A DNA stretch of 64,000 nt from Candidatus Hodarchaeota archaeon. Its GTDB lineage: Archaea; Asgardarchaeota; Heimdallarchaeia; Hodarchaeales; Hodarchaeaceae. A model generated the notes under the pieces. That model was not told where the DNA came from. It saw only the letters and a program-made list of their open reading frames with translations, and made no database searches. This document shows, one piece after another, positions 1-10,278 of this stretch. Each line of letters starts with the position of its first letter. Position 1 is the stretch's first letter. Made by a program: the position numbers and the translations under genes. The DNA lies in the NCBI GenBank assembly GCA_029856365.1, contig JAHQWW010000002.1, positions 69,098 to 133,097 on the forward strand. Direction: 5' to 3'.

Positions 1-1
1 G

Positions 2-1840
2 ATATCGACAAAATTCCTAGAACATAACAATATTAAATTTGATATACTTCAAGAAGAGGAAATTTTCTCAAACTTGTCTTTGTCAGTCAAGTTAGATGAA
101 ACACTTTCCGTGGTAGAAGGTAATTTAACTGTGGATTATTATAACAATGATCCTATCACATTTGATCATATTCCTTTCCATCTATATCCGTCTGGTATGC
201 TGTATGAAGACCGTCAAGGCAATATTGACATATTAAAGGTTGTTACTACAGGTTCAGCTACAAATCTTTTCTATAAAGTTCTCTCTGATCAACAATTAAT
301 GTGGGTGAATCTCACCTCCCCATTAGAACCTGATCAGAGTGTATCTTTCCGTATAACCTTCAGGACAACACTTCCTGACGGTCAAGACCGAGCCAATTCT
401 CAAGGTTTTGATAGCAACCAATCAAGGGTTTATTCTTGTACTGCGTTTTACCCCATTCCTTGTGTTTATGATGAATATGATGGCTGGAACATTGATGGGT
501 ATCTTAAGATTGGTGACCCTTTTCATTTTGATATGGCATATTATGATCTTGTTATTGAAATCCCAAATGGAATGATTGTTGCAGCAACAGGTGAATTATT
601 GAATAGTTCGAGTGATGGAACAACAACGAAATATCATTACAATCCTCATTATCCAGTTCGAGAAATGGTATTTTCCGCATCACGATACTTTCAAGTAGAA
701 TCCAAGGTTGTTAATGGTGTAAATATTTCGTGTTACTATCTACCACATAGTAATTGGTTATGGGAAAAGGATACGCTTGATGCAGCGGTTAACTCCTTCA
801 TTCTTTTTAATTCTTCTTTTGGCTCGTATCCTTATAGTACCTTCAACGTTGTAGAAGCATATGGCTTTTATGGCGGTATGGAATACCCCTGTCAAGTGCA
901 AATTTCTGAATCCATTGTTGATCAACATCCAGAGGATTATGAATTTTATCAAGAGCTGATTGTTACTCACGAAACCGCGCATCAGTGGTGGTGCCAGCTC
1001 GTTGGGAATGATCAGATAGATTGGGGGCACCTAGATGAAGGATTAACTTGTTGGTCTACTGACTTTTATTTTGACTTTTATTATCCTGATTGGCATTATT
1101 TTGACAATTACTGGCCACTGGATATCGTAAGGACCTATTATGATACTTTTAGCCAACCAAGTAAGATTAATCAATCGATATACGATTTTCTTGGCACTAA
1201 TATGAGTTACCGTTATACTGCTTACACAAAAGCACCATTAATCATACAGAAACTTCGCTTAACTATAGGTTCCAAGGATTTTATGACAGGATTAAGACAC
1301 TTCTTTGAAGAATACAGGTTTAAAATTGCCACGTTTCCAGATCTTCAGAAATCTTTTGAAAAAGTGATTGGTAAATCCCTGAACTGGTTTTTCTGCCCAT
1401 GGTTCGACAATCCATATCTTCCCAAGTATAGTATTACGAATGTAGATTACAACCATGAACAAGGCTCTATAACAGTCATTGTTGAGGATATCAACGAAGA
1501 AAAGAACGCTTATCCATTCGCTCAGCAATTACACCTGCAGGTGAAGGATACCCGACAATTAGAAGTCTTATATCGTGAACGAGTTTGGATAAATGGTACA
1601 ACAACTTTAGATTTTGAGTTGACTAAGAACAGCGATGCTGGGGTAGTTCTTTTAGTATATGAATCAGATGTTCTTGTTCAGTTATCATCAATTGAAGATA
1701 CAGTGCTGGTTTACAGTATCTATTCCTCAAATAAAGCTAACTTAGTAAGATTAGTTGAACTTACAGTACTTCTTCTTGCTGTTTGCGCTATATTGGTTTT
1801 TACTGTGTGGATTATGAGAAAAAGAAGAAATCTAAGGTAA
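2..1840 (+). CDS. M1 family (gluzincin) aminopeptidase, membrane-anchored; 5' end runs off the window
   Basis: GGMEYP exopeptidase motif, HETAHQWW...DEG zinc motif, C-terminal TM helix plus RKRR. The frame is open from position 2. Confidence 0.9.
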   Translation: MSTKFLEHNNIKFDILQEEEIFSNLSLSVKLDETLSVVEGNLTVDYYNNDPITFDHIPFHLYPSGMLYEDRQGNIDILKVVTTGSATNLFYKVLSDQQLMWVNLTSPLEPDQSVSFRITFRTTLPDGQDRANSQGFDSNQSRVYSCTAFYPIPCVYDEYDGWNIDGYLKIGDPFHFDMAYYDLVIEIPNGMIVAATGELLNSSSDGTTTKYHYNPHYPVREMVFSASRYFQVESKVVNGVNISCYYLPHSNWLWEKDTLDAAVNSFILFNSSFGSYPYSTFNVVEAYGFYGGMEYPCQVQISESIVDQHPEDYEFYQELIVTHETAHQWWCQLVGNDQIDWGHLDEGLTCWSTDFYFDFYYPDWHYFDNYWPLDIVRTYYDTFSQPSKINQSIYDFLGTNMSYRYTAYTKAPLIIQKLRLTIGSKDFMTGLRHFFEEYRFKIATFPDLQKSFEKVIGKSLNWFFCPWFDNPYLPKYSITNVDYNHEQGSITVIVEDINEEKNAYPFAQQLHLQVKDTRQLEVLYRERVWINGTTTLDFELTKNSDAGVVLLVYESDVLVQLSSIEDTVLVYSIYSSNKANLVRLVELTVLLLAVCAILVFTVWIMRKRRNLR

Positions 1841-1972
1841 AAAATCACGATTTTATCAATAATAACTGATTTGGGAGTTATAATATCTTGATACAAAAAA
1901 GTTATTAGTCCTATATAAAACCTTCCTATATAGAACAATCCATCATTTTCAGAAACAGGATGGTTATTTGAC

Positions 1973-2434
1973 ATGAATGAAACAGAAATGAAAGAATTTT
2001 GCAATAAATTAATGGAAGAAGAAAAAGCTACAAGTTTTACAACAATAGATGAAAATGGATATCCTCACACGAGGGGAATTTTCAATCTAAGGAATATTAA
2101 ACAGTTTCCAACATTATCTAAGGTCTTTGAAAGGCATCAAGAAGACCTCACAGTTTATATATCGACAAATACTTCATCAAACAAAGTACAACATGTTAAA
2201 AAAAACCCAAAAGTATCTGTATGTGTTTTAGATCCAGAAAATATACGGGGAATAACGCTTGGGGGAGAAATTAAAATTGTTACAGATGAGAAAATTAAAA
2301 AAGAACTCTGGCTTGACTGGTGGGTTCAATATTATCCGAAAGGAGAAACTGATGAAGATTACACGATATTAATGTTAAAACCCAAATTTGTTGAAATATG
2401 GTATAGAGGTAAGTATAAATTCCAACTTGAGTGA
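1973..2434 (+). CDS. Pyridoxamine 5'-phosphate oxidase-like FMN-binding protein (general stress protein 26-like)
   Basis: TIDENGYPHTR, STNTSSNKVQHVKKNPKVSV, YYPKGETDEDY. Confidence 0.85.
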   Translation: MNETEMKEFCNKLMEEEKATSFTTIDENGYPHTRGIFNLRNIKQFPTLSKVFERHQEDLTVYISTNTSSNKVQHVKKNPKVSVCVLDPENIRGITLGGEIKIVTDEKIKKELWLDWWVQYYPKGETDEDYTILMLKPKFVEIWYRGKYKFQLE

Positions 2435-2892
2435 CATATATGGATTCTATGAAAGAACAGCGAGCAGCAGGATACTTAATTGCTAAAATACATCAAATAA
2501 GTGGTCGAATATTTGCAAAAAAACTTAAGAAATATAATATCACCGATATTAACCCCGCACAAGGGAGAATTGTATTCGCATTATGGAAAAAAGATGGGGT
2601 GTCAATAGTAGAATTGGGAAAGGAAACTGGACTCAGTAAATCTACTTTAACATCAATGCTAGATAGATTAGAAGAATCTGATCACTTAAAACGAGTACCT
2701 TCTGAAGAAGATCGAAGAAAAATACTCATTTTTCTGACAGAGAAAAATGAAAAATTCCAAAGCAAGTACGTAACAGTTTCGAGAGAAATGACAGAGTTAT
2801 TTTATTTGGGGTTTAGTGAAGAAGAAAGAAATCAGTTCGAGCTTTATCTCCAACGTCTTCTCAATAATCTCCTACAAGTTGAAAGAGTCTAG
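2431..2892 (+). CDS. MarR family transcriptional regulator
   Basis: LSKSTLTSMLDRLE...EDRRKILIFLT; overlaps the upstream stop. Confidence 0.92.
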   Translation: MTYMDSMKEQRAAGYLIAKIHQISGRIFAKKLKKYNITDINPAQGRIVFALWKKDGVSIVELGKETGLSKSTLTSMLDRLEESDHLKRVPSEEDRRKILIFLTEKNEKFQSKYVTVSREMTELFYLGFSEEERNQFELYLQRLLNNLLQVERV

Positions 2893-3096
2893 GTTAACAT
2901 ATTAAGTTCTTGAATATTATAGGGAATTTTAGCTATTATTGGTTCGATAGTTATTACTTTAAATCTCTTGAAAGGTTAAGGAATCCCACCAATAAAAAGA
3001 CATATATAAACTGAATCAGAATATTCAGAGTATTAAAAGAAAGATCCAGTACTAATCCCATGGATTCACAAGAAAATACAATAAAAAGGTGAAATC

Positions 3097-3516
3097 ATGC
3101 CAGAAATTCAATATTCTGCAGGAGTATGCAATATCGGTGAAGCTGAAATAAAACAAAGACGTCGAATAGGTTATATAGGCTTTGGTCTTACCTTGATAGC
3201 AACTATTGTATACTTAGGACTGATTTATTACATAAAATTAGATCCGCTCTTTGGAGTGATTATTTTCATACCTGCTGAAATATCATCTATTGGATTAATT
3301 CAAGCTAAGAATAAATTCTGTGCTGCTTACGGCCTGGCTCACCAACAGAACATTTCCTCAAACTTAGGACTAACCATAAAAATAGAGGATAGAGTTTCCC
3401 AGAGAGAAGACAGGAATAAAGCAATTAAAATTATTTTTCAATCCCTAGGAATTTCAATTATTATTACTATTTTCACAATTATTATAGGAATAATAATAGG
3501 ACAGATTAATTTTTAA
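3097..3516 (+). CDS. Hypothetical membrane protein (about 3 TM)
   Basis: AGGTGA SD, hydrophobic segments, GVCNIG..E and FCAAYG motifs. Confidence 0.7.
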   Translation: MPEIQYSAGVCNIGEAEIKQRRRIGYIGFGLTLIATIVYLGLIYYIKLDPLFGVIIFIPAEISSIGLIQAKNKFCAAYGLAHQQNISSNLGLTIKIEDRVSQREDRNKAIKIIFQSLGISIIITIFTIIIGIIIGQINF

Positions 3517-3559
3517 TTTGATTAAATGGAATCCACAGAATTTAGAGACACTACAATCA

Positions 3560-3823
3560 TTAATCATGTTTCTTATACTTCTCTGCCATTTTTGTAATGT
3601 GGTCAGCTCACCAATCATAGAAATGAAAACCTTCACCACCAGTAATCGTATCAGTAGAAATAATGTCAGGAAAGCTTTGTTTAAGCTCTTCTTCGACATT
3701 TCTGATTGTCTTAATGTTAGGAGTAAAGAAGCTTAAGATAACAACAGGCTTTTCAACAACTATCCAACCAACCCACAAATTCTCAGTAAACACTCTTGGT
3801 GCAGAACAAACATTCAAGAACAA
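3560..3823 (-). pseudogene. 3' gene fragment with an internal TGA (possibly the C-terminus of an Lrp/AsnC-like regulator)
   Basis: Protein-like frame continues 15 codons past TGA 3608-3610 (FYDW*ADHITKMAEKYKKHD). No convincing 5' end. Confidence 0.3.
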
Positions 3824-4023
3824 AATCTAAAAAATTAAAAATTGTACTATAATATAAAACATACTGTTCTTAAATTTAGAACACTTGTTTCGTGTAAAAA
3901 GTCATTAAATTTTTTGCCTCGATCTATAGGAATATAAAAGTCTATAATTTTCGTACTAGCTAAATTTAGTGTTTTTATATTTAATTTGTGTAAAGTACAA
4001 TCCAATGGAAAAAGTGAAAATTA

Positions 4024-5514
4024 ATGAGTGTACCTAAACGGCATATTATAGGGGGATATATGATTTTCACACTTATCCTCCTTTCTATCATGATTGTTGA
4101 GATTAATTTCACAATATCTTTCAATTCTTCAAAAATGGAAAAGGAAATCGATATTGAAGAAAAACGTGTTTTTTGGGCATATAATTATGTCAGGGGAGAA
4201 TATTTTGAAGTCCACTCAAAGTTGCTGGCAATTGGTGACTGGTGTTATATCTATATGGATGAAGAATGTATTCTAAAACTAGGAGAAGCATCGATTATGG
4301 TAAAGGTTGAAGAGATTTGCAATGAATTCGATAATGTAATCTATCCTCGCATAATTGACCTAGCTGGACATCCCAATGGCACGATGGGAGATATCGATGG
4401 TGATCCGAAGATTTTCATCTTATTTCTGGATAATTACAATTACTATTCTGAAGTTAATGACATTGAACATAATGTTTCCAATCTTTGTGAAATGATTTAC
4501 ATTTGTTACAGGCTTTTTCATCATAATTGGTTATACCCAACCATGGCACATGAGTTTCATCATCTTATTTGGTTTAATAATGATTGGGGTGAACCACCAT
4601 TTACCTTGGAATCCCTAGCTCAATATGCAACATATCATGCGGGGTATTTAGGTCCATATAATAATCTCGTCCCCCAGGTTGCTTCTTTTTTACCTCATCC
4701 TGAAAATTCACCATTATATTGGACTGATGATCAAGATTATGGAAGTACATATCTTTTTGCTTTCTATATTGCTGAAAAATATGGGGTAGATATTCTCCGA
4801 GACCTAATAACCGAACCTGATGATGGCCCTCATGGAATTGAAACAGTCCTACACGCCGCAGGTTATGATATAACATTTAATGAGCTTTTTATGAACTGGA
4901 TTACTGCTCTTACTCTAGATGAATTGGGTTTTCAGAATAATCTGTTTGGATTTGAAGGATTCGATGCCCGAATCACTAGTTATGAAGTGGTAGACAAACT
5001 TCCACTAGCTAATAAAACCATCTCTGTCAATCATTATGCCTTTTATATTCACAAACTGGAAGCTCCACCGAATAACTTTACAGTCATCATTAATAAGATC
5101 CCACAGGATGTGATTGGAATTTCCCTTGCTATACATGATTCTTGTGGTTGGCATGTCAAGCAAAACTTGCATTATGGAGAAGCAAGTACAATAACTGAGT
5201 CATTTTCAGGTTCATTAATTGATGAGGCGTATGTAGTCACTAGTTACATCTCTAGAAGTACACCGATTGCCCCTGAAGAGAGAGGTTCAGGACCTTCCAT
5301 TAACATTGACATCACCATTATCGAAGGAGTACAAAAAAATGTTGATAGTTCATCATCTATCCAATCTACCGAGACAACAACTGGAGGAAGTAATTGCACC
5401 ACTTCAAAGATGTCTACAACAACATCTGGCAATACTATTCCATTTTTTGATATATCATTTGTTTTTCTTAGCATCCTAGTGATTTCATTAAGAAAAAGAA
5501 GAAATTATTTCTGA
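4024..5514 (+). CDS. Secreted zinc metallopeptidase (M30/M6-like) with Ser/Thr linker and C-terminal anchor
   Basis: N-terminal TM, DIDGDPKIFIL, AHEFHHLI...LES, DYG..YLF; ends IPFF-TM-RKRR. Confidence 0.8.
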   Translation: MSVPKRHIIGGYMIFTLILLSIMIVEINFTISFNSSKMEKEIDIEEKRVFWAYNYVRGEYFEVHSKLLAIGDWCYIYMDEECILKLGEASIMVKVEEICNEFDNVIYPRIIDLAGHPNGTMGDIDGDPKIFILFLDNYNYYSEVNDIEHNVSNLCEMIYICYRLFHHNWLYPTMAHEFHHLIWFNNDWGEPPFTLESLAQYATYHAGYLGPYNNLVPQVASFLPHPENSPLYWTDDQDYGSTYLFAFYIAEKYGVDILRDLITEPDDGPHGIETVLHAAGYDITFNELFMNWITALTLDELGFQNNLFGFEGFDARITSYEVVDKLPLANKTISVNHYAFYIHKLEAPPNNFTVIINKIPQDVIGISLAIHDSCGWHVKQNLHYGEASTITESFSGSLIDEAYVVTSYISRSTPIAPEERGSGPSINIDITIIEGVQKNVDSSSSIQSTETTTGGSNCTTSKMSTTTSGNTIPFFDISFVFLSILVISLRKRRNYF

Positions 5515-5741
5515 TGATGACCAATGGGAGAGTAACAACACCTCCAACAACAATTTCAAGTGCAACAACGTTAACTAAAATAATAACAACAACAATAACA
5601 ATTGAACCAACTACTGAAACTCCTTCTTCTGTCATAACTGGTTGGAATGTTCTTCCTTTGCTTTTGACTTTGTTTATAGTGCTTGTAGTGCGACTTTGTA
5701 AGAAAAAACCATTAATATTCCGCTATTTCTCCTTTTCTTAA
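5514..5741 (+). pseudogene. Orphan Thr-rich linker plus C-terminal sorting anchor (remnant of a surface protein)
   Basis: Thr-rich stretch, TGW, TM helix, KKK; no signal peptide or domain. Confidence 0.55.
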
Positions 5742-5846
5742 CTCTAATACAAACATTAATTACTTTTATATCATTTCAGGTAAGAATATTTTCGGAACAA
5801 TAAGAAAAACAATTATTATCACTCATCAGTATCTATTGATATTTAA

Positions 5847-6464
5847 GTGGTGTTTATTAACCGTGTATCAGGTACAATGGAATCCAGGGTGCCATTTATT
5901 ATGTCAAAAAGAGTTTTGATTGCATATGCATCACGTTTTGGTAGTACAGAAGAGATTTCAATTAAATTTAAGCAAACTTTAGAAGAAAAAGGTTTCGTAA
6001 TTGATTTAGTAAATTTAAAAGCCAGGAAAAAAGAAAAACTTGATATGACAGATTATTCAGGAGTATTAATTGGAAGTGGTATTAGAATAGCTAGATGGAC
6101 AAAAGAAGCAAAAAAATTCTTGAAAAATAATACAAAAGCTATAAACGACAATAAAATATTAGTTGGAATTTATTTAAGTTCTGGAGAGGCTGCTGATCCT
6201 TATAAGAGACCTACAATTATTGAAAAATATTTGATAGATGTCTTTAAAGAATTAGGTTTGAACCTAGGAGAAAATGTACTATATGATGCATTTGGAGGAG
6301 TATTTGATTTATCAAAGAATACCAATCTAAGTTGGATAAATAAGAAAATGTTGAATATGGTGGGAGATGAAGATCCAAACATTGTTCGTAATGAAAGAAG
6401 AGATTATCGCGATTGGGATCAAATTAATAGGTTTATAGACAACTTTATTAGGAAATTAGGCTAA
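5847..6464 (+). CDS. Flavodoxin-domain protein (HemG/Flavodoxin_5-like); probable start ATG 5901
   Basis: IAYASRFGSTEEI, VLIGSGI, FGG, DYRDWDQI. Confidence 0.85.
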   Translation: MVFINRVSGTMESRVPFIMSKRVLIAYASRFGSTEEISIKFKQTLEEKGFVIDLVNLKARKKEKLDMTDYSGVLIGSGIRIARWTKEAKKFLKNNTKAINDNKILVGIYLSSGEAADPYKRPTIIEKYLIDVFKELGLNLGENVLYDAFGGVFDLSKNTNLSWINKKMLNMVGDEDPNIVRNERRDYRDWDQINRFIDNFIRKLG

Positions 6465-6465
6465 G

Positions 6466-6612
6466 ATGAAGGTTTCAAAAGTGACTGTTTCAATTTTTGG
6501 AGCTATTCTTGGAATAGCTGGATTAGAACATGGTATAGGGGAAATACTTCAAGAGAAGGAGGCCCCTGGAAGTAGTTTTATTCAATCATGGCCTAATAAT
6601 CAATTATATTAA
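6466..6612 (+). pseudogene. 5' fragment of a membrane protein, truncated where the LVIVD gene ends
   Basis: MKVSKVTVSIFGAILGIAGLEHGIGEILQ...IQSWP reads as the N-terminus of a longer membrane protein family but stops after 48 aa. Confidence 0.5.
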
Positions 6613-6619
6613 ACAACAA

Positions 6620-7735
6620 TCAACCTATACTTGTTTGTTTCATTTGTTTCTTTTTCTTCATTCTTTTAATGAATTGTATTGCTATAATGCAACCTATGAG
6701 TGAAAAGCCATTAGTACCTTTGTTATTCTCTGTGATCGTCATTTGTATTATTTCTAATCCATCTAGTCCATCCGCAACAAAAGCTATGTTATCTTTTACA
6801 TATAAATTAAAAGCCACTCCGCTATTATCTGAATAAGATGCTACTTTTTTTGGTTCTGCTGGATTGGATATATCTACAATTTCAATTCCAGCATCACTAC
6901 AAGGTACATATAATAAATCCTCATCTACGAAACATTTGTGAGCAACAGTGGCTCCTTTATATTTTGAGATCAAAACAGGATTAATTGTATCACTTATATT
7001 AATTATATGTACTTCACCGGTATTTTGCTGATGATTGGTGGAAAAGACTAGATTTTGCAGGAGAACAGAATAAATTAAATCTACATTTATAGGAGAATAA
7101 TCCCCTAATTTGGTAAGATTTTCTAGATCTCTTATTTCCAACCCACCATGATCATGATTAATTGTGACTAAGAAATTCGTTGAGACTTCTAAACTAGGAC
7201 AAGAATAGGGGATACTAGTGATTTTAACTGGATCAGAGAGATTAGTAATATTAAGTCTGATTAAACCGTGATGAAGATCGCCAATAAAAGCAAAATCTCC
7301 AAAAAGCTTGACACTAGTAGTATACATATTTGTTATTTTGTACGACCCTATTTTAACAGGATTGGAGGGATTACTTACATTAATTATTTCCAAACCGTCT
7401 GAACAATCAGCAACGTAAGCTATATCATCTCGAACAACAACTTCCTGAGCTAAGCCCCCATCAAAAAACCTACTCATTTTAAGAGGATTAGTTGGATCTG
7501 AAATATCAATAATAAATAATCCTCCAAGATTGGCTGTTATATCACATACGTAAGCATAATTATCAGAAATTGTAATGGCGAATGCTCCTCCACCTGTATC
7601 TATTTGGCTGATTTCTTCACAGGAGATACTATAATCATTTTTCGCCATTCCTGAAGTTACAAGTAAAATTATTGTTGTAATGACAATTAAAATCATTAGT
7701 GCCTTTTTCATTAATATTCCTCGAAAATATGCCAC
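6620..7735 (-). CDS. LVIVD-repeat beta-propeller surface protein
   Basis: Repeated YAYV...GL.IIDISDP.NP units, signal peptide, NGF-TM-KKKK tail. Confidence 0.9.
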   Translation of the reverse strand: MAYFRGILMKKALMILIVITTIILLVTSGMAKNDYSISCEEISQIDTGGGAFAITISDNYAYVCDITANLGGLFIIDISDPTNPLKMSRFFDGGLAQEVVVRDDIAYVADCSDGLEIINVSNPSNPVKIGSYKITNMYTTSVKLFGDFAFIGDLHHGLIRLNITNLSDPVKITSIPYSCPSLEVSTNFLVTINHDHGGLEIRDLENLTKLGDYSPINVDLIYSVLLQNLVFSTNHQQNTGEVHIINISDTINPVLISKYKGATVAHKCFVDEDLLYVPCSDAGIEIVDISNPAEPKKVASYSDNSGVAFNLYVKDNIAFVADGLDGLEIIQMTITENNKGTNGFSLIGCIIAIQFIKRMKKKKQMKQTSIG

Positions 7736-7878
7736 TAAAAATAAGGTTAAAAGAAAGGAAAATACGAGGGTATAAAAATAGGATATATTTGTGCAATAAC
7801 CAACGGTATACGTACCAAAAGGTATGAGATAAAAGAATCTAATTCTTGAATTAACACGTAAAACAGATTAGTATAATA

Positions 7879-8571
7879 CTAATTTGTACTATGTTCTCTA
7901 ACTGGATTTTTGAATCTTTCTCTAATTACTATAGTGTTAGCTACGATATCTAATGGTCTTTGAAAGTCAGTTTTCTGAACAATTCCGATAATAACTTCAA
8001 ATAGAAGTATAAAAGCCTCTGTTTTAGTTAAATTCCGTATAATTGCTTGAGACCAGGTTATTCGAACCCCTGATACATCACAAACAGTTAATCCTAGCAA
8101 AGCTTTACCTGGAGTTTTACTTGTTACCTTTTCAAAGAAAATAAAATAGCCCACATTCCAAACTAGTATATATGGAACTAGAAAGAAAAACAATGTTACT
8201 AATGCGATTACTATCTGACTTCGTGATGATCCAATTGCAAAATAATTGGTAGTTAATACTGTTCTCAACCAAATAAAGACACCTGCCAAAATTCCAATCA
8301 TTTGTATAAAAGTGTCAATCATGAAGGCCATGACTCGATCAGAATAACTAGATCGCTGTATGTGCCAATCCTGACCTGAACTTACGTCTTTCGCAACTTG
8401 ATAGGGGTCACCAAAAGCTTGTACAGGATCTTTTTTCTCCGTGTCTTGAATGGCCTCTGTGATTTCCGCCTTTAATCTTTCCAAAACTAGTTCCTTTTTT
8501 GTACTAGGATAAGGAAGCCAATAATCAATTTTTTGCATATAGGAATCTATGGATAAAAATTTGTCATTCAT
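7879..8571 (-). CDS. RDD family membrane protein with N-terminal helical (FGDP) domain
   Basis: R..AFMID, TPGKALLGLTV, QRPLDIVANTIV. Confidence 0.9.
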   Translation of the reverse strand: MNDKFLSIDSYMQKIDYWLPYPSTKKELVLERLKAEITEAIQDTEKKDPVQAFGDPYQVAKDVSSGQDWHIQRSSYSDRVMAFMIDTFIQMIGILAGVFIWLRTVLTTNYFAIGSSRSQIVIALVTLFFFLVPYILVWNVGYFIFFEKVTSKTPGKALLGLTVCDVSGVRITWSQAIIRNLTKTEAFILLFEVIIGIVQKTDFQRPLDIVANTIVIRERFKNPVREHSTN

Positions 8572-8920
8572 CTTCTTTCATCCTCTTTATTTCATTACTA
8601 AAATTTGCTAGCATAATGTTAAGGAATTCAGTTAATGATTCCTGTAGTTCCGTTAGAAAGGACTGACCCTCTTTTGTAAGCCCGTACATGACTTTGCGTT
8701 CTTTCTCTTCTGTTACCCTAATCAATCCTTCATCTTTCAGTTCTTTAAGTATAGGATAAATGTTAGAAGACGCCATTGTTAACATTCCTTGGGTTCGCTT
8801 CGGAATCTGTTTTGTTAACTTGTAAGGATAGCTTTCTCCTTCATCAAGAAGTATCTGGAGGATAGTTGGCTTAGCAAATCCCTTACGATAGCCAGCTTCC
8901 CAACGATCGAGATTACTCAT
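8564..8920 (-). CDS. PadR family transcriptional regulator
   Basis: IYPILKELKDEGLI...Y.LTKEG; overlaps the RDD gene start. Confidence 0.9.
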   Translation of the reverse strand: MSNLDRWEAGYRKGFAKPTILQILLDEGESYPYKLTKQIPKRTQGMLTMASSNIYPILKELKDEGLIRVTEEKERKVMYGLTKEGQSFLTELQESLTEFLNIMLANFSNEIKRMKEDE

Positions 8921-9343
8921 AGTGAATCCTCAATTATTTTAACAATCTATAAAACTATCTATAATACAATAATTTTCAATATAAATACCTTTCCTTAGGG
9001 GAAATTAACACTTAAAAATGATCAATGAATTCAAACCTTTCTTTTAATTAAAACAATATCAATGGATACAGTAATCAACTCATTTCTGATCTATATTCAA
9101 CTTGAATATCAGTAAAATAGTTTTTCTAAGTTATTCAAGTACATAAAACCTCTACAAATCTACCAAACCCTTTATTAGCCTCCCAAATTGATCAAATAAT
9201 TAAATATCTCCATTTTTTCACCTTAGTTCTGAAGAGATACTTAGCTGAGGTACAAGGAAAAGGAATCTTCTTGTAGTTTTATAAACTATTTTCCTATTCT
9301 GAATCAGCCCTTAATGCTTTGATCTGAAAAAGACTCTGATGTT

Positions 9344-9868
9344 TTAATATGTTTTATTATTAATGACTGTTCCTATTAGCGACGCCAATTTATGAAAAGC
9401 ATTCTCCACATTTTCACCAGTCAGAGCTGAAGTAATAAAGTGTTCTCCAACATTAGCGTGATGTTTTAAAAAATCCTTTATATCTTGACGTGAGACCGCC
9501 ACCGATTCTCTTAAATCTACTTTATTTCCGATTAGAACTAACGGAATTTCCCCTGCTATGTTTTGGATATCCTCTATCCATGATGCTTGAAGATTGTCTA
9601 GACTTTTAGGTAACGTTAGGTCGAATACTAAGAAGGCCCCTCTTGTACCGTTGAAAAATCTTTGTCGAAATTTACGAAACGATGTCTGGCCTGCGACATC
9701 CCAGATTTGTAACATAACTTCATAATTGTCAACAAATAATTGCTTTGTATATATTTTAACACCTATTGTTGCTTTGTAATCACCAGTAAAATATCCAGTA
9801 ACAAAACGATTGATTAATGAGGTCTTGCCAACCCCTTCATCTCCCGCTAATACGATTTTATAGTTCAT
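9344..9868 (-). CDS. Rab-like small GTPase (eukaryotic signature protein)
   Basis: G1 GDEGVGKTS, G2 YKATIG, G3 WDVAGQ, G4 NKVD, G5 SAL; no C-terminal Cys. Confidence 0.95.
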   Translation of the reverse strand: MNYKIVLAGDEGVGKTSLINRFVTGYFTGDYKATIGVKIYTKQLFVDNYEVMLQIWDVAGQTSFRKFRQRFFNGTRGAFLVFDLTLPKSLDNLQASWIEDIQNIAGEIPLVLIGNKVDLRESVAVSRQDIKDFLKHHANVGEHFITSALTGENVENAFHKLASLIGTVINNKTY

Positions 9869-10278
9869 TATGATCCCCTTACATTCATTTAACGATTCTC
9901 AGAGCGTCTAATCTTCTCATCATCATCTCACAACGGAATTTTATTTTGTTAAATTGCTTTTCCTCTGTTTACAATGCAATTACAAATATCAAAAAGAATA
10001 GTCATTACAACGTATCCTATAAAATATGAAGAGAGGATAACCAAAATTTAGATAAAATAGGTAACAAAATATTGGAAGATTTAATTAACAGCAGCACAGA
10101 TCAAAAACCTAATCAAATTAACCGAGTTCCACTAGGAATGATACTCAAATACCTCTAGTTCAGGAATTCGTTTAAAGTGATCCACCCCCCCTTGGAAGCA
10201 TAAGAATAATTATGAGCATAAGGAAGAGGTCCCCCGTTCAAAATTGTGATTAGTATATGTAAATATCCATATATTTAG

